36,846 nt of DNA from a virus (taxonomy: Duplodnaviria; Caudoviricetes), in the IMG/VR virus record IMGVR_UViG_3300036783_000194, positions 1 through 36,846 of that record; one strand, written 5' to 3'. The notes under the pieces were generated by a model that was given only the letters and a program-made list of their open reading frames with translations, was not told the DNA's origin and did not search any database. Below are positions 1 to 9,715 of the stretch, one piece after another. A program made the position numbers and the translations under genes. Each line of letters opens with the position of its first letter. The first letter of the stretch is position 1.

Positions 1-127
1 CGGCCGGCGTGCTCGCGGCGCTTATCCTCGATGTCTGTTTAGTACTTGTAACCAACTCTTTAGGAGCTATATACATGGATTCGATCACCGGACAACAGAA
101 CCCGGCGCAAAGGCAAAAGCGACACCG
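1..127. repeat. Terminal direct repeat, copy 1 (identical to 36720-36846); circular-assembly overlap
   Basis: First 127 nt match the last 127 nt exactly. 127 is a common assembler k-mer size. Confidence 0.95.
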
Positions 128-563
128 GGACAACCTCATCACGATTCAAGAGAACCTCGTAAACCAGCTAAGGGACATCAACGCGGGCCTCGAGACGCTA
201 CAGCAACAACATCCAACGCTCGACCTGGCGGGGCTCTTTGGCTCGGTGCATGCGCTCGACTCGAATCATAGGGCGGTACTCGACCTGGCGAAAGAAGCGG
301 CCGGCGTACCCTCTGACGAGGTTCCGGCGCCTCCGCGCTTGATCAACGTCTCGACTCTGCCGGCGGGCGAAGCGGCGCCGCGGCCGTTTACGCATATCTC
401 GATCGACCAAACCGAACAACCGGCGGGGAACAATCCGGCGCTGAATCCGGGCTCGGTGCGGCATCACTCGCCGGATCTGGCGCCGGCGGATGAGGGGACG
501 CAACCGAACACGCAACCGAACAGGAATACCATTGTCACGGACACCGGAACGGCGCAAGGGTAA
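75..563 (+). CDS. Hypothetical protein (helical N-half, Pro/Gln-rich disordered C-half)
   Basis: ATG at 75 preceded by TAGGAG (61-66), within ORF 9..563. Confidence 0.7.
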   Translation: MDSITGQQNPAQRQKRHRDNLITIQENLVNQLRDINAGLETLQQQHPTLDLAGLFGSVHALDSNHRAVLDLAKEAAGVPSDEVPAPPRLINVSTLPAGEAAPRPFTHISIDQTEQPAGNNPALNPGSVRHHSPDLAPADEGTQPNTQPNRNTIVTDTGTAQG

Positions 564-849
564 CGAGAAAAGGGCCTCCGCGCGGGCACTAAAAAGAAAC
601 CGTCAAAATTCCCGTCGCGCCTCTGAACGGCCAAAGTTGGATTCTTCTCTCGAACTGAGGCGCGATCTTGACGGCAATGTTCATACTCCTAGCGGCTTCC
701 TGCCGGCCGAAGCGTACAAGAAAACGCGCGCGGCGAATCCCGCGGCCGGCCTCCCGGAGTACGATTCAATCCCTCTCCTCTAGCGCGGTGGGCGTCCTGT
801 GACTACCAAATTTCATAAGTCGCTGAATCCGGGCGCGTTCCGCGCTTTG

Positions 850-871
850 AAATTGTCTGTACAGGTTTTTT
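850..871. repeat. 22-bp site AAATTGTCTGTACAGGTTTTTT, identical to 31373-31394; its 16-bp core is inverted at 31110-31125
   Basis: Direct sequence comparison. Confidence 0.9.
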
Positions 872-972
872 GGTACTCAAAAGTAGCTCACCGGGCGAGC
901 TACTTCTTACGCGCTTTCTTCGCCTCATAGCGCCGGCGCGCGCTATTGCATAATGCTGAATAGTGCGCGATC

Positions 973-1737
973 GTGACGCGCCGGTTTATTGGCACAATGG
1001 CCTCAAACGCGAACCTCGCTCGAGCTCGAGACGTTCTCCCGCGCAACCTGCCGCGGCTGGCGGAGCTCCTCAATGAACGCCGGCGCCGGGCGCGCAACAA
1101 ATTTGCGCGCATGTATCCGGATCATGGGCCGTATCGCCGGGAGCTCTACGCAAAACACATGCAAGTCGTGGAAGCAACACGCCTCGCGAATCAAGTTGCA
1201 TTCATCGCTGGAAACAAGGTCGGAAAGTCGGAGCTCGGCTGCTATTGCCTGGCGGCCTGGCTCACTGGCTTATTCCCGGCGTGGTGGCACGGCCGGCGCT
1301 TCGCGGGTCCGATTACGGGCTGGATCGCGGGCGAGAAAAACTCCGTCGTTCGCGACTCACTCCAACTGAAGTTATTAGGGCCGCTAAACGATCTCGGAAC
1401 CGGCTTGATACCTGGAGACCATATTTTCCGGGCGACGCGAAAGAGCGGGCTCTCGGACGCGATAGACACGCTAACAATACGGCACGTCTCCGGCGGGCTC
1501 TCCTCGCTGCGCTTCAAAAGCTACGAAGAGGGCCGGCGCGCGTTTCAGGCTACCGATATCGACGTGCTCATGCTCGATGAAGAACCTCCGATGGATGTAT
1601 GGGTCGAAGGGCTCATGCGCTTGATGGTACGGCAAGGGCTCGCGCTCTTGACGTTCACGCCTCTATCGGGCTGGTCGGAGGTAGTATCTGAGTTTCTCGA
1701 CGCGGCGGATCTGTTACATCCGCCGGCAGAAGTTTAG
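973..1737 (+). CDS. terL: Terminase large subunit, ATPase half (P22 gp2-like); start may be ATG 997
   Basis: Walker A-like AGNKVGKS, FKSYEEGR, Walker B VLMLDEEPP, motif III TFTPL. Confidence 0.92.
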   Translation: MTRRFIGTMASNANLARARDVLPRNLPRLAELLNERRRRARNKFARMYPDHGPYRRELYAKHMQVVEATRLANQVAFIAGNKVGKSELGCYCLAAWLTGLFPAWWHGRRFAGPITGWIAGEKNSVVRDSLQLKLLGPLNDLGTGLIPGDHIFRATRKSGLSDAIDTLTIRHVSGGLSSLRFKSYEEGRRAFQATDIDVLMLDEEPPMDVWVEGLMRLMVRQGLALLTFTPLSGWSEVVSEFLDAADLLHPPAEV

Positions 1738-1912
1738 AAAACTCCATTGCAGTGTCGACCATATCGGAAACGCATCCGGGCGCGTGGCCTCCGCCTCTGA
1801 TGGCCTCAAATTCAAGCTCAACCTCGCGCGTGGCGCCGCGCTTCACTAACCAAAAGACTTTTTTCCATTCCTCCGCGGTCATTGAAACCGCGATCATTTC
1901 CGGTTTATCCAT
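1655..1912 (-). CDS. Small antisense ORF (85 aa) occupying the gap between the two terminase halves
   Basis: ATG start at the edge of the insertion; protein-like sequence MDKPEMIAVSMTAEEWKKVFWLVKRG; only a weak GAAGG upstream. Confidence 0.45.
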   Translation of the reverse strand: MDKPEMIAVSMTAEEWKKVFWLVKRGATREVELEFEAIRGGGHAPGCVSDMVDTAMEFSKLLPADVTDPPRRETQILPPTSPIEA

Positions 1913-2646
1913 TGCCTTCGAAAATTACCATTCAAGCCGGCTGGGACGATGTTCCGCACCTGAGCGAAGCGTACAAGCGGGAGATGCTCGACGCCATTCC
2001 TCCGTATCAACGCGACGCGCGTTCAAAGGGTATTCCGGACATGGGCGCCGGCGCCGTGTATCCACTCGCGCCGGAAGATTACACGACGGACAGAAAACCG
2101 GATCCGCTCTGGCCGCGCGCCTATGGCCTTGATGTGGGCTGGGAGCAAACGGCCGCTACGTGGTTAGCCTGGGATCCGGAGGCCTCTTTCGGGCTCGTGT
2201 ATGACGAATACTTTCGAGGGCAAGCGGAACCGGCGATACATGCGGCCGCGATTCGCGCGAAGGGCGACTGGATACCGGGCGCGATTGATCCGGCCTCCGC
2301 GGGCTCGAGTCAAAAGGACGGCGAGAAATTGATTGAGACTTACGTTGAGCTCGGCCTCGTGCTCACGCCGGCGGATAACGCGGTAACGGCCGGGACGACG
2401 TTGATTTATAACCTGCTCTCGACGGGGCAATTAAAGATTGCGCGGCATTGTGTCAACTTACTCAAGCAAATGAAAATGTATCGACGCGACGAACGCGGCC
2501 GCATCGTTAAGAAAAACGATCACGGGCCGGATGCGCTCCGCTATGGGTGCATGACGGGGCCGAAGATTCGTAGAACACGGCCGGCGAAGATCTCCGTTGA
2601 TAACTGGCTCCGGCCGGATCTCAACGCCGGCGGCTGGGCTGGATAG
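1882..2646 (+). CDS. terL: Terminase large subunit, nuclease half; likely start TTG 1912 (MPSKITIQAGWDDVPHL)
   Basis: WDDVPHL, RSKGIP, YGLDVGW (RNase H-fold Asp) and KKNDHGPDALRY motifs typical of P22-type TerL C-termini. Confidence 0.9.
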   Translation: MKPRSFPVYPLPSKITIQAGWDDVPHLSEAYKREMLDAIPPYQRDARSKGIPDMGAGAVYPLAPEDYTTDRKPDPLWPRAYGLDVGWEQTAATWLAWDPEASFGLVYDEYFRGQAEPAIHAAAIRAKGDWIPGAIDPASAGSSQKDGEKLIETYVELGLVLTPADNAVTAGTTLIYNLLSTGQLKIARHCVNLLKQMKMYRRDERGRIVKKNDHGPDALRYGCMTGPKIRRTRPAKISVDNWLRPDLNAGGWAG

Positions 2647-2652
2647 GCTCTC

Positions 2653-4776
2653 ATGGCGAATGAAAGTTATAACTCCGGGTTAGTCGAGGAACTCGATGAC
2701 CTCGCGCTTATGCGGAAGCGGTTCCAGCAGTCCTCCGACGCTGAGACGCGCGATCGGGACTCGGCGCGCGATTGCATCGAATTCTACTTTGGCGAACAGT
2801 GGGCGGCCGATATCCTCCATCAGCGACACGATAGGCCGTCATTCACTCTGAATAAGCTGCCGGCCATCATGCGGCAAATTCTCAACGAAGAGTTGCAGAA
2901 TCCGCCGGCTATCGAAGTATCTCCGGATGGTGAGGGCGCGGATGAGGAAACCGCGGAAGCGCAACAAGGGCTCGCGCGCCACGTCGAACTACACTCAAAC
3001 GCCGAATTCGCATACTCGAACGCGTTTCTTTATATGGTGCTCGGGGGCTTCGGTTCCTGGCGCGTGGTGCACGATTATCTACCGCGGAGTTTCGATCAGG
3101 AGCTCTACATCAAGCCGATTTATAACCCGTTCTCGGTGTACTGGGACCCGGCCGCGATCGAACCGGATAAGAGCGACGCGCGCTTTTGTTTCGTGGTGCT
3201 CGACTTCGGGGTGGATGAGTTCAAAGCGCAATATCCGAACTCTGATCTGGTCGGAATGAAAAATTTCGAGGGCATCGGGAACCGGGCGCCGGGCTGGGTA
3301 TGGCGGGACGGCTGCCGGGTGGTCGAGTATTTTTACGTCGAGACTGAAGACGCTACGCTCGTGAGACTCACTGACGGGCGCATTGTTTACGACGATGAAA
3401 TCCCGAAGGGCGCGCGCATCATGACGGATGAGGACGGCGCGCCGGTCGAACGGCCGGATACTCGCCGGCGCGTGTACCTGGCTCACTCTAACGGCGTCGA
3501 ATGGCTACGCAAACCGGAGGCGCTTCCGGTGCCTCAAATTCCGATCGTTACCGTCCTCGGGGAGCGGCTCTGGATCGAAAGCGAAGGGATGTTCAGAGTT
3601 AAGGGCGCGGTTTTCGATCTGGTCGAAGCGCAAAAAATGTTTAACTTCAACTCGAGCGCGATCGCCGAAACGATGGCGCTCGGCGCGCGCGCGAACTGGC
3701 TCGCGACGGTTGAGCAGATTGAACCGTTTATGGAATTGTGGCGCTCGGCGAACACGCGTAACATTTCCGTGCTGCCTTATCACAACATTCCAGGGGTGAA
3801 CGCGCCGGTAAAGATCGCGAGCGAACCTCCGATACAGGGGATGAGCGCGGTACGCATGCAGTCGGAACAAGATTTGCGCTCGATCTCTGGCGTCTATGAC
3901 GCGGCGACGGCCGGCGGCGGGCTCACGCAACCGGAAAGCGGGAAAGCGGTTCTCGCGCGCCGCTGGCAAACTTCGACGGGTAACGTTCACTGGACAAAGC
4001 ACCTGGCGGTCGGAGTGAAGCGGACGGCTGATATTCTGCTCGACTACTTCCCGCATATCTACGACACCGGGCGCGTGATGCGGATACTCGGCAAGGATCG
4101 GCAACAAAAACAAATCATGGTGCACGCCGGCCGGCCGGAAACCGTTCCGCCGATGCTGCCGGATGGGGTCTCCGATGTCATCGACCTGACGGCGGGCCGC
4201 TATTCCTCAACGGTGAGCATTAACAAGAACTACGACACACAACAGCAGGAATCCGTTCAATTGATGCTCTCGCTTATCGAGGTGAATCCGGCGCTCGCGC
4301 CGCTACTCGCGGATTTGGTCATCGGTGAAATGGACTTTCCGAATAAACAAGCGTTCGTCGATCGACTCCAGCGGGCGCTTCCTCCGGGCCTCCAAGATCA
4401 AAAGAACCCGCAAGACCCGAACACGCTCGCGGCGACGAACTCCCAACTGATGCAACAAAATCAGAAGCTCATGGCGCAAGTTCAGCAACTCTCGCAGATG
4501 ATACAGACCAAATCAGTCGAGGGGCAATCGCGCGAACGCATCGAGAAAATGAAGCTAATGGCTACTCAGATTTCGAGCGCGGCGCGCCTCGAACAAGAGC
4601 GGGTCAAAGCACAAGCGGGGATTCTAACGCGGGCCGCGGATCAACACTTTACCGCGGTGCATGATCACGCGATGAGCACGAAAGAGCATTTACACGATGT
4701 CATGCTGGCGGGCCATCAACGGGCGCTGAATCCGCCGGCGCCTCCGCCTCCGGCCGCGGCCGAAGTAACGCAGTAA
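2653..4776 (+). CDS. Portal protein, P22-like
   Basis: 707 aa directly after TerL; FYFGEQW, PSFTLNKL, VYWDP..DKSDARFCF and ESGKAVLAR motifs; C-terminal coiled coil. Confidence 0.92.
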   Translation: MANESYNSGLVEELDDLALMRKRFQQSSDAETRDRDSARDCIEFYFGEQWAADILHQRHDRPSFTLNKLPAIMRQILNEELQNPPAIEVSPDGEGADEETAEAQQGLARHVELHSNAEFAYSNAFLYMVLGGFGSWRVVHDYLPRSFDQELYIKPIYNPFSVYWDPAAIEPDKSDARFCFVVLDFGVDEFKAQYPNSDLVGMKNFEGIGNRAPGWVWRDGCRVVEYFYVETEDATLVRLTDGRIVYDDEIPKGARIMTDEDGAPVERPDTRRRVYLAHSNGVEWLRKPEALPVPQIPIVTVLGERLWIESEGMFRVKGAVFDLVEAQKMFNFNSSAIAETMALGARANWLATVEQIEPFMELWRSANTRNISVLPYHNIPGVNAPVKIASEPPIQGMSAVRMQSEQDLRSISGVYDAATAGGGLTQPESGKAVLARRWQTSTGNVHWTKHLAVGVKRTADILLDYFPHIYDTGRVMRILGKDRQQKQIMVHAGRPETVPPMLPDGVSDVIDLTAGRYSSTVSINKNYDTQQQESVQLMLSLIEVNPALAPLLADLVIGEMDFPNKQAFVDRLQRALPPGLQDQKNPQDPNTLAATNSQLMQQNQKLMAQVQQLSQMIQTKSVEGQSRERIEKMKLMATQISSAARLEQERVKAQAGILTRAADQHFTAVHDHAMSTKEHLHDVMLAGHQRALNPPAPPPPAAAEVTQ

Positions 4777-4855
4777 ACAACGATCTTCACGCGTAAGCGT
4801 AAGGGCCTCCCGGCGGCCTCCAATGCCGGCGATACCCCAACACTCGGGAGAAACT

Positions 4856-5851
4856 ATGGCAGATAACAACGGAGCTCCGGCACTTGACGCGCCGGAGCTC
4901 TCACAGTCGGACTATCGCGCGCTGCGCGAAGGTCGCACGATTGCGGTAAAAACCTCCGAAGCTCCGCCTCCGGCTCCTCCGCCGGCGGATGCTGAAAGCG
5001 GCGCCGGCTCGGAACCGGCGGATGATCTCGAGGGGCAAGGCGGCTCCGACGAAGGTAAAGACGGACAGCAGCAACAAGGCGAGAAGAAACCAGCGGGCGC
5101 GCAACAAAAGCGCGGCCTGGTGGATGAGGTTATCAAGCTCAGAAGAGAGAATCGTGATCTAAAGACGCGCGGCGCGGCGCCTCCGCCTCCGCTACCAGAG
5201 CAACCGAAGCCGGCGCCTCAAGGCGCGCCGGGCGAAGCTGCTCGAGCGGGTCGGCTCGAGGAACCGGATATATCCAAATTCACCGATTACGACAAGTTCA
5301 ATCGGGAGTTTATCCGGGTGCAGGTGCATAACGCGCAACTCGACGCGGCCGAAGCAAGGGCGGCCGCGGATAAGGCGAGCGCGGAGCAAACGGCGCTCCA
5401 GCAACGCATCGGAACCTGGCAAGGGCGCCTCCGCGCGGCCGCGGTTGAGTTCCCGGACTTCGAAGCGGTCGCGTTCCAGACTACGCTTCCGGTCTCGGCG
5501 ACGATGGGCGACGCCATCATGGGCTCGGAGCTCGGGCCAAAGGTGCTCTATCATCTCGGCTCGCATCCGGACGAAGCGGCGCGGATCTCGAAACTCTCAC
5601 CAATTGATCAAGTGCGCGAAATTGGAAAGCTCGAACACTCACTCTCACAAGCTGCCGCGGCCTTGGCCTCCGGCGAAGAAGAAGAAGAAGAAGTACCGCC
5701 TCCCTCTGCAAAATCAGCCATCAGCAAAGCTCCGCCTCCGGTTCCACGGCCGGCGGGCGCCGCGAAAGCGGGAGCTCCTTCGATGAAAAGTCTCGAGGGT
5801 ATCTCGCAAGCGGAGTACCGCGCGCTGCGCGAATCCGGCCGGCTGCGCTGA
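4856..5851 (+). CDS. Scaffolding protein
   Basis: Between portal and coat; acidic disordered N-part, GPKVLYHLGSHPDEA..IGKLE core, SKAPPP and C-terminal EYRALR helix; ATG 4856 after GGGAGA. Confidence 0.85.
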   Translation: MADNNGAPALDAPELSQSDYRALREGRTIAVKTSEAPPPAPPPADAESGAGSEPADDLEGQGGSDEGKDGQQQQGEKKPAGAQQKRGLVDEVIKLRRENRDLKTRGAAPPPPLPEQPKPAPQGAPGEAARAGRLEEPDISKFTDYDKFNREFIRVQVHNAQLDAAEARAAADKASAEQTALQQRIGTWQGRLRAAAVEFPDFEAVAFQTTLPVSATMGDAIMGSELGPKVLYHLGSHPDEAARISKLSPIDQVREIGKLEHSLSQAAAALASGEEEEEEVPPPSAKSAISKAPPPVPRPAGAAKAGAPSMKSLEGISQAEYRALRESGRLR

Positions 5852-5888
5852 GTAACGGCCGCCATAGAAGCGGCAACCCTAAAACCAC

Positions 5889-7115
5889 TTGGCAAATACA
5901 ATCCTTACTCCGACAGCGATCACGCGCGAAGCGTTGATGCTGTTGGAGAACAGCCTCACCTTCACAAAATACGTTCGGCGCGCTTACGATGATAAGTTCG
6001 CTATCTCGGGCGCCAAAATTGGCGCGACTATCAACCTTCGGATTCCGCCTGTTTTCGCGGTCACGAAAGGGCCTAACCTCTCCATCCAGAACTACACGGA
6101 AACGCAGTTTCCGCTAACACTCAATCAACAGGCTCACATCGACGTGAGCTTTTCCTCGGCCGAACTCACGCTCTCAATTCAGGACTTCTCTGATCGCGTT
6201 CTCAAGCCTCAAATTGCACAACTCGCGAACCAAATAGATCAGGATGGGCTCGCTCAGTTCGTCAATGTTTATAAGTCCATCGGCGTGTCGGGCACACCTA
6301 ACACGACGTTTGCGCCGTTCTTGGCTGCCGGCGTCGCGCTCGATAACTCGGCCACTCCGCGCGATGGCGAACGCTCTATCGTGCTCTCGCCGCAAGGTCA
6401 AGCCGATGCAGTTGGCGGGCAATTTACAACGTCTTTCAACGATCAAGACACCATCGCCAAACAATACTTAAACGGCACAATGGGCCGCGCGCTGGGTTTC
6501 CGCTGGTCAATGGATCAGAACGTTAATTCATTGACGGTGGGGCCAATGGGCGGGGCGCCTGTCGCCGCGGGCGCGGGACAAACGGGCGCCACGCTAGCGA
6601 CTTCCGCATGGACGGCGGCCGCGGCCTCGCGGCTGCTCGGCGGCGAAACATTCACTCTTCCACTGGTCTATGAGTGGAATCCGATTGCAAAACAGTCAAC
6701 CGGCAAATTGCAAAGTTTCACGGTAACGGGGCCGGTCTCGAGCGATGGCGCGGGCCTGGCTACGGTTCCCATTTCGCCTTCTATCATCACTTCCGGCACT
6801 TCGCAAACGGTGACAAACTCACCGGCGAATAACGCCGCGCTTACCTTCACATCGGGCGCGGCCGGCGCAATTACACCTGTAGGGCTCGCCTTCCATTCGA
6901 ACGCGTTCGCCTTCGCAACGGTTGACCTTGAGGACGTGAGCAAATACGGCGCCTGGGGCGCGCGCGTCTCTGATGATCAACTCGGCGTTTCTATGCGCGT
7001 AGCTCGCCAGTACGCGATCGGCTCGGATACCGTTCCGTGTCGCATTGATGTTCTCTACGGATGGGGCACGCCGCGGCCGCAAATGGCTTGCCGTGTCCTG
7101 GGCTCGAACACTTAG
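5889..7115 (+). CDS. Major capsid protein, P22 coat (gp5) family
   Basis: MANTILTPTAITREAL, KIGATINLRIP, ELTLSIQDFSDRVLKP, MDQNV and RIDVLYGW motifs; position after scaffold. Confidence 0.93.
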   Translation: MANTILTPTAITREALMLLENSLTFTKYVRRAYDDKFAISGAKIGATINLRIPPVFAVTKGPNLSIQNYTETQFPLTLNQQAHIDVSFSSAELTLSIQDFSDRVLKPQIAQLANQIDQDGLAQFVNVYKSIGVSGTPNTTFAPFLAAGVALDNSATPRDGERSIVLSPQGQADAVGGQFTTSFNDQDTIAKQYLNGTMGRALGFRWSMDQNVNSLTVGPMGGAPVAAGAGQTGATLATSAWTAAAASRLLGGETFTLPLVYEWNPIAKQSTGKLQSFTVTGPVSSDGAGLATVPISPSIITSGTSQTVTNSPANNAALTFTSGAAGAITPVGLAFHSNAFAFATVDLEDVSKYGAWGARVSDDQLGVSMRVARQYAIGSDTVPCRIDVLYGWGTPRPQMACRVLGSNT

Positions 7116-7123
7116 TAACTAAC

Positions 7124-7150
7124 GAGGGGCTCGCCGGCGGCGGGCCTCTC
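7124..7150 (+). terminator. 12-bp GC-rich hairpin after the coat gene (terminator or mRNA stabiliser)
   Basis: GAGGGGCTCGCC-ggc-GGCGGGCCTCTC with two G-U pairs; only a weak U-tract follows. Confidence 0.55.
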
Positions 7151-7181
7151 ACGTTTCACAATTCAAAAGAGGAGTAAAAGC

Positions 7182-7517
7182 ATGGCTGATTTTCAGGAAT
7201 ACCCGAAAATGCTGTATCACAAGAAAAAAGGAAACCGCTCGGCGAAGTCGGCGGAAGAGGAAGCCACGCTAAAGAGGCAGGGCTACACGACGGAGGCGCC
7301 GAAGCAATTCGAGGAAGAGGCGGAGGAAAACGGCGAGAACGGCGACGATCTGACGCGTGAACCTGCGCTCGTCAGTGAAATTGATCAGGAGAAAACGCGG
7401 CTCGCCGGCAATCAAGGCGCGAAGGATCCGAAGGAACTGCTCGGCGAGAATCCCGATGAACACGCCGAAGACCCGGAACCAGCGGCGCGGCCGGGAACAG
7501 CAAAGAAGGGTAAGTAA
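7182..7517 (+). CDS. Small charged protein after coat gene (MADFQEYPKMLYH)
   Basis: Strong SD GAGGAG; position in the head module. Confidence 0.75.
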   Translation: MADFQEYPKMLYHKKKGNRSAKSAEEEATLKRQGYTTEAPKQFEEEAEENGENGDDLTREPALVSEIDQEKTRLAGNQGAKDPKELLGENPDEHAEDPEPAARPGTAKKGK

Positions 7518-7522
7518 ACGCG

Positions 7523-8254
7523 ATGGGTGCACCGATTACCGTACTCGATCTCATCACGGAAACGCTCTCGATCTTTGGGGAATACACTCCGGGGGAACCT
7601 CTCGACGCGGCTTCGGTGCAATCTCTTTTGTTCACCTTAAACGGCGCCGTCGATGGCATGGGGGCGGAGTCGCTCGCGATCTTCGCTAACTCCGTCCTTC
7701 CGTTCACGACGGCCGCCGGCAAGCAAAACTATACCCTCGGGCCGGATCCGGGAAATGATTGGATCACGGCGGCCGCGGCGCCGTCCGAAATTTCGCGCGT
7801 CGGCGTCGTACTGAACGGGGCGGAGCTCCCGGTTAAGCTGCTGAACGCGGATGAGTGGGCGCTCCAAGCTCTAAAGACGCTGCAATCTACGCTTGTTTCC
7901 GCGGTATGGCTACAGTACGGGCCGGTCTCGCATACTCTGACGTTCTGGCCTATCCCTACGCTCGGGCTGGCCGTGAACCTCTACGCCGCGCAACAAACGC
8001 CGCGGTTTGCGGCGCTCACTGACTCGGTAATTCTTCCGCCGGGCTATCAAGAATTTCTCACTTACGATCTGGTGATTAAGAGCGCGTCGAAGTTCGGGGC
8101 GGCGCTTCCGGACTGGGTTCCTCCGGCCTGGCGCGAAGCGCGAACGCGGATTAAGGAATACAATTATCAGGCGCTCGAGTCGCGCTCGGAGGATGCGCTT
8201 CTCACTTCCAGGGGCCGCGGCGCGGCTTTGCTGCGCTTCTACACTGGCGATTAA
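7523..8254 (+). CDS. Head-tail adaptor (P22 gp4-like position)
   Basis: Position; TVLDLITETL..GE, LTFWPIP and LPPGYQEFL motifs. Confidence 0.7.
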   Translation: MGAPITVLDLITETLSIFGEYTPGEPLDAASVQSLLFTLNGAVDGMGAESLAIFANSVLPFTTAAGKQNYTLGPDPGNDWITAAAAPSEISRVGVVLNGAELPVKLLNADEWALQALKTLQSTLVSAVWLQYGPVSHTLTFWPIPTLGLAVNLYAAQQTPRFAALTDSVILPPGYQEFLTYDLVIKSASKFGAALPDWVPPAWREARTRIKEYNYQALESRSEDALLTSRGRGAALLRFYTGD

Positions 8255-9715
8255 ATGCGATTCAAGGGCTTTATCGGGCCGTCGTACCAGACGCCGGCGG
8301 TACAGGTGGACGCGCAACGAAGCGTGAACCTGTACCCGGAGATGATCGCGGGCGACGGGGGCGCCTCCGAAGAGTCGGTGCTCGTTCGCACACCGGGCCT
8401 GTTACTTGTCAACGATCAACTCGGCGCCGGCCACGGCCGCGCGCTGTTCGCGGTCAATGGTCGATTGTTTGCGCTCGTCGCTGATCAGTTTTTCGAGATT
8501 AAGCAAACGGGCGCCGTCGCTCCGTATAACTACGTTGGTTATCCCTTGGGCTCGATCGCGGGCGGAGTCACGGAACCGGCGCTCATCAAAACCAACGGGG
8601 TGCAACTGCTCATACTCTCCACTGGCGCCGCATGGCTGTATGATCTCCGCTCCAATGTTTTAAGCGGGCTCGGCTACCTGGGCTTCAATTGGTCGAATTA
8701 TGGCCTGGCCGTGGTCGACACTTACTTTGTAGCCTCGAGCGCAAACTCGACTCAGTTTCAAATTTCGGCGCCTCTCAATGGCCTAAGCTGGACGGCGATC
8801 GACTTCGGGAGTACTCAAGAGGCCGATAACATCGTGGCGCTCGAGGAGCTCCACGGCTATCTGTGGATCTTCGGCTCTAACAGTATCGTCGTGTATCAAG
8901 ACACCGGAAACTCGAGTTTTCCCTTTCAACGCGTTCCCGGTTCCAAAGTCGAAATGGGGCTCGGCGCCGCGCTCTCGCTCGTGAAACTGGACAATTCGAT
9001 TTTCTGGCTCGGTGCGAGCTCGCGCGGGCCGGCGGTGATCTATCGCGCGGATGGGTTTCTTCCCTCGCGAATCTCGACTCACGCGGTCGAGGCCGCGCTT
9101 CAAGGCTATAGCAGGGTAGATGATGCGACGGCTTACGCCTATGAGGAGCGCGGGCATCTGTTCTATCGGCTCGACCTTCCCACGGCCGGCGCGACGTGGT
9201 GTTATGACGTGGCGACAAAGGCATGGCATGAGCGCGGTTTATGGAGCTCGGCCGCGGGCGCTTTCGGGATCCATCCGGCGCGCTTTCATGCGTTCTGCTT
9301 CGGCCTCCATTTTGTTCTCGACGGGGCGACGGGCAAACTATACGATCAGTCGCTCACTCACTATGACGACGCCGGCGCGCCTCTGCGCTGGATGCGGCGC
9401 GCGCCTCATATTGACGACAAGAGCGGCCGGCGGCGGATCTTTTACCGGCGCTTTGAGCTCGTGATGAATACCGGATGGAACGCTCCGCAAGCCTGGGCGC
9501 CGCAAGTCTTCCTCCGCTGGTCGAACGACGGCGGGGCTACCTGGGGCGCGGATCACGGCGCCGATGCGGGCTCGCTCGGTGAGTATAGGCGCCGTGTGAT
9601 CTGGCGTCAACTCGGCGCGGCGCGTTCGCGGGTGTTCGAGGTCTCGGGCTCGGATCCGCTTCCGGATTTGGTTCTGATCGGGGCGGAGCTCCTCGCGGAG
9701 CAGGGGATGAGTTAA
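8255..9715 (+). CDS. Tail hub / DNA stabilisation protein (P22 gp10-like)
   Basis: GFIGPSY, NLYPE, TPGL, RISTHAVE, TWCYD, LRWSNDGGATW and WRQLG..RSRVFEV motifs. Confidence 0.88.
   Translation: MRFKGFIGPSYQTPAVQVDAQRSVNLYPEMIAGDGGASEESVLVRTPGLLLVNDQLGAGHGRALFAVNGRLFALVADQFFEIKQTGAVAPYNYVGYPLGSIAGGVTEPALIKTNGVQLLILSTGAAWLYDLRSNVLSGLGYLGFNWSNYGLAVVDTYFVASSANSTQFQISAPLNGLSWTAIDFGSTQEADNIVALEELHGYLWIFGSNSIVVYQDTGNSSFPFQRVPGSKVEMGLGAALSLVKLDNSIFWLGASSRGPAVIYRADGFLPSRISTHAVEAALQGYSRVDDATAYAYEERGHLFYRLDLPTAGATWCYDVATKAWHERGLWSSAAGAFGIHPARFHAFCFGLHFVLDGATGKLYDQSLTHYDDAGAPLRWMRRAPHIDDKSGRRRIFYRRFELVMNTGWNAPQAWAPQVFLRWSNDGGATWGADHGADAGSLGEYRRRVIWRQLGAARSRVFEVSGSDPLPDLVLIGAELLAEQGMS

Noticed and set aside
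1-127. Terminal repeat as a biological direct terminal repeat
   Set aside because: Its length matches a common assembler k-mer, it ends inside a gene, and P22-type terminases usually give circularly permuted ends.
1735-1800. Stop-codon reassignment or simple readthrough joining the TerL halves
   Set aside because: Two different stops (TAG, TGA) intervene, and both serve as normal stops in other genes.
5675-5692. (GAA)6 microsatellite
   Set aside because: It encodes a poly-Glu linker in the scaffold; slippage would stay in frame.
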